Shown here: piece after piece, positions 45,188 to 55,138 of the stretch
Numbering within the stretch: the stretch's first letter is position 1
Layout of the letters: each line of letters opens with the position of its first letter
Source: Bacteroidales bacterium
GTDB lineage: Bacteria; Bacteroidota; Bacteroidia; Bacteroidales; JAEINX01
Assembly: GCA_016342645.1 (NCBI GenBank)
Contig: JAEINX010000003.1
Span: 667-64,666 of the forward strand
DNA: 64,000 bases
Direction: 5' to 3'
Made by a program: the position numbers and the translations under genes
Notes under the pieces: generated by a model
Databases searched by the model: none
What the model was told of the DNA's origin: nothing
Seen by the model: only the letters and a program-made list of their open reading frames with translations

Positions 45188-47083
45188 TCAAGAAAAGGTT
45201 TTAGTTGTTTCCTCGAGGGCAGTAGTTGTTCCAATAACAAACAAAATATCACCGATTTTTAATATACTATCTCCATGAGGTATTTTCATTTCATTATTAC
45301 GTTTGATTAGAATAACTGAAATATTTTGGTGAAAGTGAATTTCTTTTAGATATTTTCCGTTTATTTCGTGCTTAGTAATTTGAATTTCTTCGATATTGAA
45401 ATTTTCAAATGTTTCAACAAGGGTGTGATAGATGGTGGGTCGAATAATCAGGTTTTCTATGGTTGTTGCAATTATTCTTGTAACGTCTAATGCTTCAACA
45501 TCTAATTGAATTAATTGTTGCTCAATGGTAAGACTAAGGGTTTTGCTGATAATTTTTTCGTGCTGGAATTCGTTTCTAAGCATCTTGCATATTGAAATAT
45601 TTTCTTCATCAGAATTAGTTAGTACAACTACATAATTTGTTTTAAGCAACTTAAGGTAGTCAAAAATTTCTTTTTCTTTTCCATCACCGAAAAGGACATT
45701 AATTCCCTTTGATTTAATTTCGTTGAAACGCATTATATTATTTTCAATTATGATTGCTGTTTTGCCATGAATTTTCATCCTTCGAGCAAGTAATACGGCA
45801 GTACTGCTTCCGCCGACAATTATGGTTTTTTGGCTTGAAAAAATATTTTTCGGATTCAAATTATTATAAATTATTGGTGATGTAAAACAAGTTACTACGG
45901 CCATAATTATAAAACACGAGTTAACACCGGGACTGATAACGCCCAAATCCAAACCAATTTGAGAAGCAGCAATTATAAGGCTTAGCCTCGATGCCATTAA
46001 AAAACCCCCTGAAATTGCTTTTTTATAACCAAATAGATTAAACCAAAGAAATGATGGAATTAATTTTACGGCAAATAATAAAATTAAAAGAAAAGTAAGA
46101 AAAATTGAAAAAGTATTATCGAATTCAAATAAAGAAGTTGTGTCGAAATGTGCTCCAACCATGATAAAAAAGATAGGAATAAAAAAGCCATAACCCATTC
46201 CTTCGAGTTTTATCAGAAGCAATGAACGACCTTTATGTAAAAAAATCGAAAGCAATAAACCACTTAAAAAAGCTCCGAGAATCATGATTTCTTCGCCTAT
46301 ATATTGAGCAAGAACAACAAATATTAGTATCAAAAAAATACTCCCTCTTATTGAAATTTGGGAAGCTGCATGCGATAGGTTAAATGACAATCTTTGAAAA
46401 ATACTTAGCTTTATATATTTGTTTCCCAAATAATAGAAAAGATAAAACAATACAAATAATAATAAAATCAGTAATTGTTTTGGATTGGAACCGTTTTTGA
46501 TAATAAAAGCTGTAAAAGAAAATAGAATTATACTTACAATATCAGCGATAGCTGCAGCCAGTACAAGCATTTGACCAAAATTGGTATTAATATCTCCACG
46601 GTTTTTTAAAACCGGAATGATTATTCCAAGCGAGGTCGTAACCATGATTAACGAAAAATACCAAATATTTTGTATCTCGAAGAATACGGAAAGAAAAAAT
46701 GCTCCGGAATAGGATAATATCAGAGTCAGAATGAAATAAATTAAACCAACTAAAAAAGGATTATTTAGAAACTTTTTCAAGTTTATTTTTCTACTTGGAA
46801 AGGAAGCAACTATTTGGTCAACATCAATTTCAAGGCCTCCAAGAAACATTAAAAACAGAAATCCCGTCAATGCCAAAAAATCCATAATCTGCAAGCTTTC
46901 CACTGAAAAAGAGTGAAAAAAAATCTTTCCTATAATAAATCCAACAATTATTTCAACTATAACTGTCGGGATTTTCTCTAAACGCATTATCGACATAAGA
47001 GTCGGGATAGCCCATGCTGCTGCAACTACAAGAAAAAGAGGTAAATAATCAAAATCGAAAGAAATATTTAAAAGAATATTCAT
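45188..47083 (-). CDS. CPA2-type cation:proton antiporter fused to TrkA-N/TrkA-C regulatory domains
   Basis: Polytopic N-terminal 400 aa, then TIIVGGSSTAVLLARRM (Rossmann) and a C-terminal TrkA-C-like domain. I prefer the ATG at 47083 (MNILLN); the track start is TTG at 47089. Confidence 0.75.
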   Translation of the reverse strand: MNILLNISFDFDYLPLFLVVAAAWAIPTLMSIMRLEKIPTVIVEIIVGFIIGKIFFHSFSVESLQIMDFLALTGFLFLMFLGGLEIDVDQIVASFPSRKINLKKFLNNPFLVGLIYFILTLILSYSGAFFLSVFFEIQNIWYFSLIMVTTSLGIIIPVLKNRGDINTNFGQMLVLAAAIADIVSIILFSFTAFIIKNGSNPKQLLILLLFVLFYLFYYLGNKYIKLSIFQRLSFNLSHAASQISIRGSIFLILIFVVLAQYIGEEIMILGAFLSGLLLSIFLHKGRSLLLIKLEGMGYGFFIPIFFIMVGAHFDTTSLFEFDNTFSIFLTFLLILLFAVKLIPSFLWFNLFGYKKAISGGFLMASRLSLIIAASQIGLDLGVISPGVNSCFIIMAVVTCFTSPIIYNNLNPKNIFSSQKTIIVGGSSTAVLLARRMKIHGKTAIIIENNIMRFNEIKSKGINVLFGDGKEKEIFDYLKLLKTNYVVVLTNSDEENISICKMLRNEFQHEKIISKTLSLTIEQQLIQLDVEALDVTRIIATTIENLIIRPTIYHTLVETFENFNIEEIQITKHEINGKYLKEIHFHQNISVILIKRNNEMKIPHGDSILKIGDILFVIGTTTALEETTKTFS

Positions 47084-47231
47084 TGCCAAATTTCATGTTT
47101 AATTAACTTAGTAAAAATAGGAATTATTAGTACATATTTGAGATAAATTTTGTGAATGAGATTATTTTTAGCATTTTTGCTGAAAAAATTGAATTGAAGC
47201 AAACCTTCCCAAATATTATTTAATTTTCAAA

Positions 47232-48914
47232 ATGAAGCATTTTTTTATTCTACTGTTAATAATATTTTCAATTTCTTTTTCATCAGAAATTCAGGCATCG
47301 AAAATTGGCCCAATAAATGATACCACCCGAAGTGTTCGTAAAAATATTGATCAGGAAGTTTCAGATTTAATCAATGTTGAAGAAAAGCATTTCAGTCAAC
47401 GAATTAATGATTTTTTTGAACCCTTTGTTGAAAAAATGGCCTTGGTTTTATTTTGGGATCCATTCGAGGCGTTGAATATTCGCGACCCATATCTTTATGA
47501 TAACAAAGGTAATCCGATTCTTGATGAAGAAGGTAATCATAAAAAGCAAGGCATTCCGATTGTTGTATTATGGCTTATTCTTGGTGCAGTTTATTTCACT
47601 TTTAAAATGCGGTTTATAAATCTCAGAGGTTTCATGCATGGCATCGAGCTTATTAAAGGAAAATATGATAAACCGGGAGACAAGGGAGAAGTTTCGCATT
47701 TTCAGGCATTAACTACTGCTTTATCTGCAACTGTCGGCTTGGGGAATATCGCGAGTGTTGCAATTGCAATTGCAATTGGAGGCCCGGGAGCAACTTTTTG
47801 GATGATAGTTGCAGGTTTATTTGGCATGTCTTCGAAATTTGTAGAGTGCACACTCGGTGTAAAATACAGAAAAATTGATAAAAATGGAGTAGTTTCCGGT
47901 GGCCCGATGTATTATTTAAGCAAAGCCCTCGCAAAAAGAAAACTTAAGGTTTTAGGCCAAATACTTGCAGTAATTTTTGCATTCTTAATAATGGGTTGTG
48001 CCTTTGGTGGCGGAAATATGTTTCAGGCTAATCAGGCTTTTTCGCAACTTGCATTATTTGTACCCTACTTTGAAGACAAAGGTGCATACTTTGGGGTTTT
48101 TCTGGCAATTCTTGTGGGCATTGTCATAATTGGTGGAATTAAAAGTATAGGAAGGGTTACCGGAAAAATTGTTCCGATTATGGCATCACTTTACATTCTT
48201 ACTGCTTTAGTGATTATTATCATGAATATTAGTGAGATGGGAAATGTTATTAAAATGATTTTCGAAGGTGCATTTAATGCTGCTGCCATTAAGGGAGGAT
48301 TTATTGGAGTTTTAGTTATTGGTTTTCAAAGAGCCTCTTTTTCTAATGAAGCGGGTGTAGGTTCAGCATCAATCGCCCACTCGGCTGTGAAAACCGATGA
48401 ACCGATTAGCGAAGGTATTGTAGCTCTTCTTGAGCCTTTTATAGATACTGTTGTTATATGTTCGATGACAGCATTTGTAATAATTTTTACGGGTATGCAC
48501 GAAAATACCGGCGGATTGGAAGGTTCTCAACTGACATCGGCAGCCTTTGGAAGTGTGTTTTCGTGGTTTCCTTATTTGTTGGCTGTTTCAATTTTCTTAT
48601 TTGCTTTCTCAACAATGATTTCGTGGTCGTATTACGGCTTAAAAGGCTTTGATTATTTATGTGGCGGTTTTTTTGAACGAAAATTTGGTAACAGAATAAT
48701 AGGAACAAGAATATTTCAATTCATATTTTTAGGCTTTGCCGTTATAGGCGCTTCTTCCTCTCTCAGTTCAGTAATTGATTTTTCGGATATGATGATTTTA
48801 AGTATGGCTTTTCCAAATGTTTTAGGGCTTTTTATTTTATCAAACGAAGTTAAAAAAGACTTGAAATCATATATGAGGAGAGTTAAAAGTGGTGAGATTA
48901 AGAAACATAAGTGA
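47232..48914 (+). CDS. Alanine/glycine:cation symporter (AGCS family)
   Basis: SHFQALTTALSATVGLGNIASVAIAIAIGGPGATFWM and ...FQRASFSNEAGVGSASIAH motifs, 560 aa. Confidence 0.8.
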   Translation: MKHFFILLLIIFSISFSSEIQASKIGPINDTTRSVRKNIDQEVSDLINVEEKHFSQRINDFFEPFVEKMALVLFWDPFEALNIRDPYLYDNKGNPILDEEGNHKKQGIPIVVLWLILGAVYFTFKMRFINLRGFMHGIELIKGKYDKPGDKGEVSHFQALTTALSATVGLGNIASVAIAIAIGGPGATFWMIVAGLFGMSSKFVECTLGVKYRKIDKNGVVSGGPMYYLSKALAKRKLKVLGQILAVIFAFLIMGCAFGGGNMFQANQAFSQLALFVPYFEDKGAYFGVFLAILVGIVIIGGIKSIGRVTGKIVPIMASLYILTALVIIIMNISEMGNVIKMIFEGAFNAAAIKGGFIGVLVIGFQRASFSNEAGVGSASIAHSAVKTDEPISEGIVALLEPFIDTVVICSMTAFVIIFTGMHENTGGLEGSQLTSAAFGSVFSWFPYLLAVSIFLFAFSTMISWSYYGLKGFDYLCGGFFERKFGNRIIGTRIFQFIFLGFAVIGASSSLSSVIDFSDMMILSMAFPNVLGLFILSNEVKKDLKSYMRRVKSGEIKKHK

Positions 48915-49114
48915 TTGACTATTTTTGATTGACTATTTCATTCAGACAAATAGAAGTGTGTGTTTCGAAATTCATCAGATAGAAATTTTATAAATACTGA
49001 TGTAACTCATTTTTCCCAAATAGTAACAATTTTTAATTCTTCAAATTTCTTTTAATTATATTTCCAATAAAATTTTGTCAATTAGGTGTAGATTAATAGT
49101 CCCAAATCTGAGTA

Positions 49115-50713
49115 TTAATTTTTTAGGCAGCGAACAGAAAAGCAGTGGTATTTAGGTAAACTACTTCGGTAAATATTAAACCAAGAACATCTGAAATCAC
49201 GATAATATGCGCTATCCGAATTATTTTCGGTAGATGACCATAAATAACCATGGGATGTATGGAAATTAAAATTAGCTAAATAGGTATAATATCCGGCAGG
49301 AAGAAGGCGGAAATCATATAAATCAGAACTTTGACCTATCCACCATCCTGTAGTAGATTTAAGATTTTTACCGGCATCGTATCCGCGACATCCCGTATTA
49401 TTCCAAATAGGGTCTCCAACAGCATATTGGCTGTCGGCATTACCTTCAAGTATTTTCAATTCATCATCAGTCGGAATATGCCATCTATCAGGACAAATTC
49501 CCTGAGTGCCGGGTAAATTTGAATATTGCATTAGTTCTTGCCATTGATATAAGGCACCATAATAATTACAATAAATAGGATTATTATCATAGCAATACTT
49601 TTCAATTATTCCGTTGTTTGTCATTTCATCATCACTGTTTATTATTTCCCCGACATTGAGGTTTTCTGCCATCCAGCATTGGTCGCCAATTTGTACACTG
49701 CTGTAGATTTGTCCGTTTCGCGGATCAGTGAAATGGTCACCACAAATAAATGGATAAATCAGAATGTCATTAGAATTCATTTTTACGAGATATCCATCAC
49801 CTGGCTGCATATCTCCAATATTATTTACCCAAACAGGGCCAATTTTCCAAAACATTAAACCTTCAGTATTGCGAACAAACTCAAGATTTTCTAAAACATC
49901 CTGAAAAGCTTCTTCCGTATCTAAAGTTTGTTTGGATAAATATCCTATTAGCTGATAACCGGTAGATAAAGTTATAGGAGTTTGGGATTCGATTGGCTCA
50001 CCGAAAATAACTAAATCATCATCTGATAAAACTTTAAACAGATATCCTTCGGTATTTACCCAATCACCAATATTGTTTACCCATGTGGGGCCAATTTTTT
50101 GAAGCATTAAACCCTGTGAGTTTCTCACAAATTCAATATTTTCAAGCTTGTTTTGTAGTATGTTTTGGATATCAGGGTTTTCAGTAATTATTCGAGATGA
50201 AATAAAACTATAACCTTCTGAAAGTTCAATTTGCTGTTCATTGCTTGCAGAAGTAAAGCTTATTTCTAACATGCTATATTGCCCGTCGCCTTCCGGAAAA
50301 ACATTTTCTGTCCATGCACCACCATACGGATTAAGATATTGAGCTGTAAATTCTTTTCCTTCAACACATTCACTTGCATCCCAACATTTGAAAGATACAG
50401 GGTTTCCGGGATTATATCCACCACATGGATAATCAGGCCCAAAAGCTGGACAAGCATTCTCAAAAACATTATCAGGAGTGCATACTTGAGTTAAATAAAA
50501 TACTCCAACAATCGTATCTCCATCAAATATAGCAATTTCGTCACCTGCTTCCAGATCAATACCATCTAAAGTAATTCCTTGCAAAAATATAGTCCAGACT
50601 ATTCCACAATTAACACCTTCAAAATTAAAGTGCATTGCATTTACTTTTATTGATGATATGCTAATGTATATTAAGCAGATTATTATTAAATAGTTTTTGT
50701 AATATGTTTTCAT
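49115..50713 (-). CDS. Secreted mosaic protein: module A, 2x module B, Fib_succ_major domain (no T9SS CTD)
   Basis: I prefer the ATG at 50713 (MKTYYKNYLIIICLIYISISSIKVNA). Module A: HFNFEGV...GDEIAIFDGDTIVGVF...KCWDASE...NPYGGAWTENVFPEGDGQYS. Module B pair: PTWVNNIGDWVNTEGYLFKV and PVWVNNIGDMQPGDGYLVKM. Fib_succ_major: CGDHFTDPRNGQIYSSVQIGDQCWMAENL...GICPDRWHIPTDDE...SVRCLKN. Confidence 0.85.
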   Translation of the reverse strand: MKTYYKNYLIIICLIYISISSIKVNAMHFNFEGVNCGIVWTIFLQGITLDGIDLEAGDEIAIFDGDTIVGVFYLTQVCTPDNVFENACPAFGPDYPCGGYNPGNPVSFKCWDASECVEGKEFTAQYLNPYGGAWTENVFPEGDGQYSMLEISFTSASNEQQIELSEGYSFISSRIITENPDIQNILQNKLENIEFVRNSQGLMLQKIGPTWVNNIGDWVNTEGYLFKVLSDDDLVIFGEPIESQTPITLSTGYQLIGYLSKQTLDTEEAFQDVLENLEFVRNTEGLMFWKIGPVWVNNIGDMQPGDGYLVKMNSNDILIYPFICGDHFTDPRNGQIYSSVQIGDQCWMAENLNVGEIINSDDEMTNNGIIEKYCYDNNPIYCNYYGALYQWQELMQYSNLPGTQGICPDRWHIPTDDELKILEGNADSQYAVGDPIWNNTGCRGYDAGKNLKSTTGWWIGQSSDLYDFRLLPAGYYTYLANFNFHTSHGYLWSSTENNSDSAYYRDFRCSWFNIYRSSLPKYHCFSVRCLKN

Positions 50714-50763
50714 AATGTTTATTTTAAAATACAAATAATTTATTACAAGGTACTTTTTACATT

Positions 50764-52398
50764 TTAGTTTTTCAGGCATCGCACCGAAAAGCCATATTGA
50801 AACATATTGCCACCCCAGGTAACAGAGTTATCATTATAGTATAGTTTGTAATTATAAGCAGTATTTAGAAAACAGTGTGTAGAGGTCCAAAAGAAACCGC
50901 CTATACCCATAGAGATAAATCCACCAGAATAGTATCTATATCCACCCGGCAAAGCTGAAAATCCATAACTATCAGTTCCATAGCATGCTTCATACCCAAA
51001 CCACCTTGGGTGGTAATAAGTGTTGCAACTATCACTCAGAGGTGAATTCATTTGCCGGCATGATTTTAACTCATCTCCATGAGGTGAGCCTCCTCCTCCA
51101 ATATGGTCGATAAGTGCTATCCAATCGTCATTTGTTGATACTCTCCAGCCTGTTGGACATAGACCATTTGTGTCAATAACTGCATACCAGTTATACAATC
51201 CAGCATATTTATCTTTCCAACTTATATCATTATCATACCAGGCATAAGCTCCGGTTGTGAGGTTTGACCAATTACTATTGTTTGTTTCATTTGGTATAGG
51301 TATGCCGTTTTGATAAGAAGTAGTTTTTAGATTCTCCGCCATCCAGCATTGTGAACCAATTTGTACCGTCTGGTAAATATTGCCGTCAAAATCAGTAACT
51401 GTTGGCATACCTGGGCATGGTAAACCATTAGAAATTTCAAAAATAAGAATATCATCGGCAAACATTTTAACAAGATAGCCTTCACCTGGGTTACAATCTC
51501 CAATCCCATTAATCCAGTTTGGGCCAATTTTTTGTATAACCCCTCCTTGCGAGTTCCTAATAAAATCAAGATTATCTCCGATAATAGTTTCAAAAGCAAT
51601 TAAAGCGTTAATGGAAATTTCAGGAAAATAACTTACAAACTGATACCCTGTTTCCAAAGGAATCGGAGTTTCAGGATCAACTAAATCTCCACCGATAACA
51701 AACAAATCCTCGTTAAACATTTTTACAAGGTAGCCTTCGTCAACAACCCAATTTCCAATACCATTTACCCAATTTGGGCCAATTTTACGCAACATGTCAC
51801 CGTCAGAATTCCTGATAAAATCAAGATTGTCATTTAATAACGAAGCCATAACAATTAATATATCCGAATCTTCAGGAATAATATATGAGGATATAAAACT
51901 ATAACCTTCTGAGATATCAAATAGTTGTTCGTAGGGCGGGGAAGTAAAGGTTATTTCAATTATACTATATTCGCCTTCTCCAGATGGAAAGACATTTTCT
52001 GTCCAAGCATCTCCATATGGATCAAAGTACTCAACTGTAAATTCGCGTCCTTCAATTTCTTCACTTGCATCCCAGCATTTATAAAAGACCTCGTTTCCGG
52101 GATTATATCCATTATAAATGCTAGTGTAAGCAATAAGCTTATTACCAAAAGCATTTACAGTTGTACAAACCTGATCTAAAATATACATACCAACAATTGT
52201 ATCTCCATCAAATACAGCTATTTCGTCACCTGCTTCCAGATCAAATCCATTTAGAGTAACCCCTTGCAAATATATTGACCAAAATGGAGGATAACCACAA
52301 CCTTCATAGATAAAATGCTGTGCATTCAATTTTGTTGATAAAAAGCTAATTGCAACAATACATATTAGTATTAAATAATTTTTGCAATGTGTTTTCAC
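50764..52398 (-). CDS. Secreted mosaic protein: module A, 2x module B, classical-type Fib_succ_major domain (no T9SS CTD)
   Basis: GTG start with signal peptide MKTHCKNYLILICIVAISFLSTKLNA. Module A: HFIYEGC...GDEIAVFDGDTIVGMY...KCWDASEE...DPYGDAWTENVFPSGEGEYS. Module B pair: PNWVNGIGNWVVDEGYLVKM and PNWINGIGDCNPGEGYLVKM. Fib_succ_major: DFDGNIYQTVQIGSQCWMAENL...YAGLYNWYA...LCPTGWRVSTNDDW...SVRCLKN. Confidence 0.85.
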   Translation of the reverse strand: MKTHCKNYLILICIVAISFLSTKLNAQHFIYEGCGYPPFWSIYLQGVTLNGFDLEAGDEIAVFDGDTIVGMYILDQVCTTVNAFGNKLIAYTSIYNGYNPGNEVFYKCWDASEEIEGREFTVEYFDPYGDAWTENVFPSGEGEYSIIEITFTSPPYEQLFDISEGYSFISSYIIPEDSDILIVMASLLNDNLDFIRNSDGDMLRKIGPNWVNGIGNWVVDEGYLVKMFNEDLFVIGGDLVDPETPIPLETGYQFVSYFPEISINALIAFETIIGDNLDFIRNSQGGVIQKIGPNWINGIGDCNPGEGYLVKMFADDILIFEISNGLPCPGMPTVTDFDGNIYQTVQIGSQCWMAENLKTTSYQNGIPIPNETNNSNWSNLTTGAYAWYDNDISWKDKYAGLYNWYAVIDTNGLCPTGWRVSTNDDWIALIDHIGGGGSPHGDELKSCRQMNSPLSDSCNTYYHPRWFGYEACYGTDSYGFSALPGGYRYYSGGFISMGIGGFFWTSTHCFLNTAYNYKLYYNDNSVTWGGNMFQYGFSVRCLKN

Positions 52399-52587
52399 GA
52401 TGTTTGTTTTTTAAGTCTTCTGTAACATATTTTTTTTAAGCTCGCAATATACAATATAAAAATATTAAAGTCAAGTGATTCCTTGCTTTTTAAAATATAA
52501 AATCCCAAATCTTAATTTGTTGTTTGCCTCTTAAGGGGATTTTTGCGATATCATTTTGTGGAAAAACTTGTTGCGTTTAAACCTGAA

Positions 52588-54087
52588 TTATTCTCTATCC
52601 TCAATTCGATTTATCCCCGCTTTTGCCTTCTGCCTGATACTTTTTCTGTATTCATCAAAATCCAAAGAAAGACATTTTTTATAATACGATTCTGCTTTCT
52701 TGAACTCAAGCATGTTTTCATAAATAAAACCCAGTTGAAGGGCAGAATTGGCTGCAAAATAATATGGGTATTCGCTACCTTTTTTTAGAACATTATCATA
52801 ATATAAAATTGCTTCATCTGTCTTGGCGAGTTTATGGTATATCCTTGCTTTGCGATACTCACATTCAAGCGAGTCCTTTGTATTTTGAAGGTAATTTGTA
52901 TCAGGTTCATTAAGTTGATCTAAAGCTTTTTGATAATAACCTCCATCAAACAAAAGCCGTGTTTTTAACAAAACTATATTAGGGATAATATTGCTTTCTG
53001 CTTCTTTTTGAGCTTGTTTGTCAGCTCCAACAAATGTTCTTCCACAGGATTTAACTTTTAAAATATTTTCTAAATATTTATTTTTATTTCCTTTGATTAA
53101 ATAGCTCCATGCAATTTTTCTGTATGCTGATTTAAGATAATTTTTACCCTTGAAATTATTTACATATTTTTCAAAATGTATTATGGCTTCATCATCAAAT
53201 TTATAAAGTTTCGTTTCGCCTAATAAATAATCAAGATAATCGTAAGGATAATATTCATTGCTTCGGTTGCTTTTTTGAAGTATTGCCATTGCTTTATCAT
53301 TTTCTCCGTTTTTCATGTATATAGAAGCAAGCGAATAACACAATAAAGGTTCAGTCATATTTGAATCATGGGAAATTGTGTCAAAATAATCTAATAATTC
53401 TGAAAGGTGCTCACTATTAGCCTGAAGATTAAGTTGAATAAAACTTAAATAATAAAGAGCCTCAATTTTCAAATGCGAATAATTATCGGAAATTAAGGCT
53501 GAATCTAAAACAAATTTTAATTCATTTGCTCCTTGATTTACATTGCCGTCTAACAAGAAAATAGTTGAAACCCATTTGTAATTATCGGGAATACTTCCTA
53601 TTAGGGCGTGCAACAAGCCTGAACAAAGATAATTGGGATGGAAATCAGGGAATTGTTCTATGTTTTTTTCGATAAGATTAAATGAACGTTTTATTTCAAA
53701 AAAGGCAGTGAAATTTTCGCCATAATTTAATTTTGCAAAAGCCGATTGCAAATATATTTCGGCAAGGCAAAAGCGATAATATGGAGATGATTTATCACCT
53801 TTTTCGAGAAAGCGAATTCGTGATGATTTGTTTTCTTTAAGTTTTTCAAAGTCAGATTCTTGTTCACCAATAACGACTGTTAAAAAATCAATATAGTTTT
53901 CGATCAAATACGGGATTAAATTTGATGGATTTGAGTTTTTCTCAATTTTAATGGCTTTTTCTGCTTGTTTGAATTTTAGATTTATTGTGGCTATGTAAGC
54001 ACCTTTGCAGTTTTTATTGAAATCATATTGAGAATAAGAGGAATTTACAAGAAAAAATAAAATTACAGATAAAAAAAAAGATTTCAC
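52588..54087 (-). CDS. Secreted TPR-like repeat protein
   Basis: 499 aa with a signal peptide (MKSFFLSVILFFLVNSSYSQ). Helical-repeat composition with TPR-like pairs (AESYYKKCLSLD, ALQLGFIYENM). GTG start. Confidence 0.5.
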   Translation of the reverse strand: MKSFFLSVILFFLVNSSYSQYDFNKNCKGAYIATINLKFKQAEKAIKIEKNSNPSNLIPYLIENYIDFLTVVIGEQESDFEKLKENKSSRIRFLEKGDKSSPYYRFCLAEIYLQSAFAKLNYGENFTAFFEIKRSFNLIEKNIEQFPDFHPNYLCSGLLHALIGSIPDNYKWVSTIFLLDGNVNQGANELKFVLDSALISDNYSHLKIEALYYLSFIQLNLQANSEHLSELLDYFDTISHDSNMTEPLLCYSLASIYMKNGENDKAMAILQKSNRSNEYYPYDYLDYLLGETKLYKFDDEAIIHFEKYVNNFKGKNYLKSAYRKIAWSYLIKGNKNKYLENILKVKSCGRTFVGADKQAQKEAESNIIPNIVLLKTRLLFDGGYYQKALDQLNEPDTNYLQNTKDSLECEYRKARIYHKLAKTDEAILYYDNVLKKGSEYPYYFAANSALQLGFIYENMLEFKKAESYYKKCLSLDFDEYRKSIRQKAKAGINRIEDRE

Positions 54088-54099
54088 AAAAGACCTGTT

Positions 54100-54262
54100 T
54101 AAGTATTTTTTTATAACATAAGGTATTGGGAAAAATTGTATAAGGGAAATACAGGTATAGGTGTAAGTTATTCAATGGTCATTGGTTGTCTTTCAATGGT
54201 CATTTAGTTTTCATTCTGTGGTTATCTCCTATTTCCTTTATTACCCTTATTTCCTTCTACTT
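54100..54262. repeat. GGAAATA-rich imperfect palindromic intergenic element (copy 2, inverted)
   Basis: The reverse complement reads gaaggaaataagggtaataaaggaaataggag...cacctatacctgtatttccc, the same organisation as 27451-27600. Confidence 0.5.
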
Positions 54263-54267
54263 TCCAC

Positions 54268-55116
54268 TTATTGCAGTAAACTTTCATTCACTTCATCAGC
54301 GATTCCTTGATCTATTAATATTCTACCGCAATATTCACAAACAATAATTTTTTTGTGCATCCGTATATCCAATTGATGTTGAGGAGGGATTTTATTAAAA
54401 CAGCCTCCACAGGCATCTCTTTCGACCATAACTACAGCTAAACCGTTTCTTGCATTTTTTCTAATCCTTTTATAAGCAATTAAAAGTCTGGATTCAATCG
54501 ACTGTTGATTTATTTCTGATTTTTTAAGCAATTCATTTTCTTCTTTTTCAGTTTCTTCAACAATATCTTGTAATTCCGATGTTTTTAATTCCAGATCATT
54601 TTTCCGTTCATCTAAATTTGTTTGCGATACCTCAATATCAATATTGATTTTCTCAAGAGCGGTGCTAAATTCCTTAATTCTTTTATCGCAAAGCTGCATT
54701 TCTAAAGATTGAAACTCAATTTCCTTAGTTAAAGAATCATATTCCCTATTATTCCTGACATTATTTCTTTGTTTTTCGTATTTGTCGATCAATGTCTGGC
54801 ATTCTTTTTTTAAATTTTCTTTTTCAGCAGTTTGAGTTTTATATTTTTCAACATCACTATTATAATTTGCAAGTCTTGTTTCAAGTCCTACTATTTCATC
54901 TTCAAGATCTTGAACCTCGAGTGGGAGTTCTCCGCGAATAATCCTGATTTTATCAACCTGAGAATCTATTTGCTGCAAACTATATAAAACTTTTAAAATA
55001 TCTTCGATTTTTACTTCCGTTTCATCGGGTTTTTCTTCTGCAACCTTTATGATGGTTTTATTTACGGGAGTTGTTTTCTCTTCAGCATTTTCAGATTTTG
55101 GTTCTTCTTTTGTCAT
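54268..55116 (-). CDS. Coiled-coil protein with C-terminal C4 zinc ribbon (COG1579 family, NIF3-associated)
   Basis: 282 aa with a long heptad region and CGGCFNKIP...CEYCGRIL. Sits downstream of NIF3, as in many bacteria. Confidence 0.7.
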   Translation of the reverse strand: MTKEEPKSENAEEKTTPVNKTIIKVAEEKPDETEVKIEDILKVLYSLQQIDSQVDKIRIIRGELPLEVQDLEDEIVGLETRLANYNSDVEKYKTQTAEKENLKKECQTLIDKYEKQRNNVRNNREYDSLTKEIEFQSLEMQLCDKRIKEFSTALEKINIDIEVSQTNLDERKNDLELKTSELQDIVEETEKEENELLKKSEINQQSIESRLLIAYKRIRKNARNGLAVVMVERDACGGCFNKIPPQHQLDIRMHKKIIVCEYCGRILIDQGIADEVNESLLQ

Positions 55117-55138
55117 ATTTTCAATGATTTAAAATTTA

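Noticed and set aside
50279-50494. Recurring antisense ORFs opposite module A (1032..1217, 50279..50494, 51925..52179) that look conserved among themselves
   Set aside because: Their similarity simply mirrors conservation of the sense-strand module. They lie wholly inside strongly supported genes and have no independent start or promoter signals.
50714-50779. N-terminal extension (MPEKLKCKKYLVINYLYFKINI) making 49115..50779 overlap the upstream gene
   Set aside because: The extension lacks signal-peptide character and overlaps the stop region of 50764..52398. The internal ATG at 50713 gives a canonical signal peptide like its paralogue. Similar upstream TTG/GTG track starts were trimmed at 24621, 34314, 47089, 56239, 57326 and 59481.
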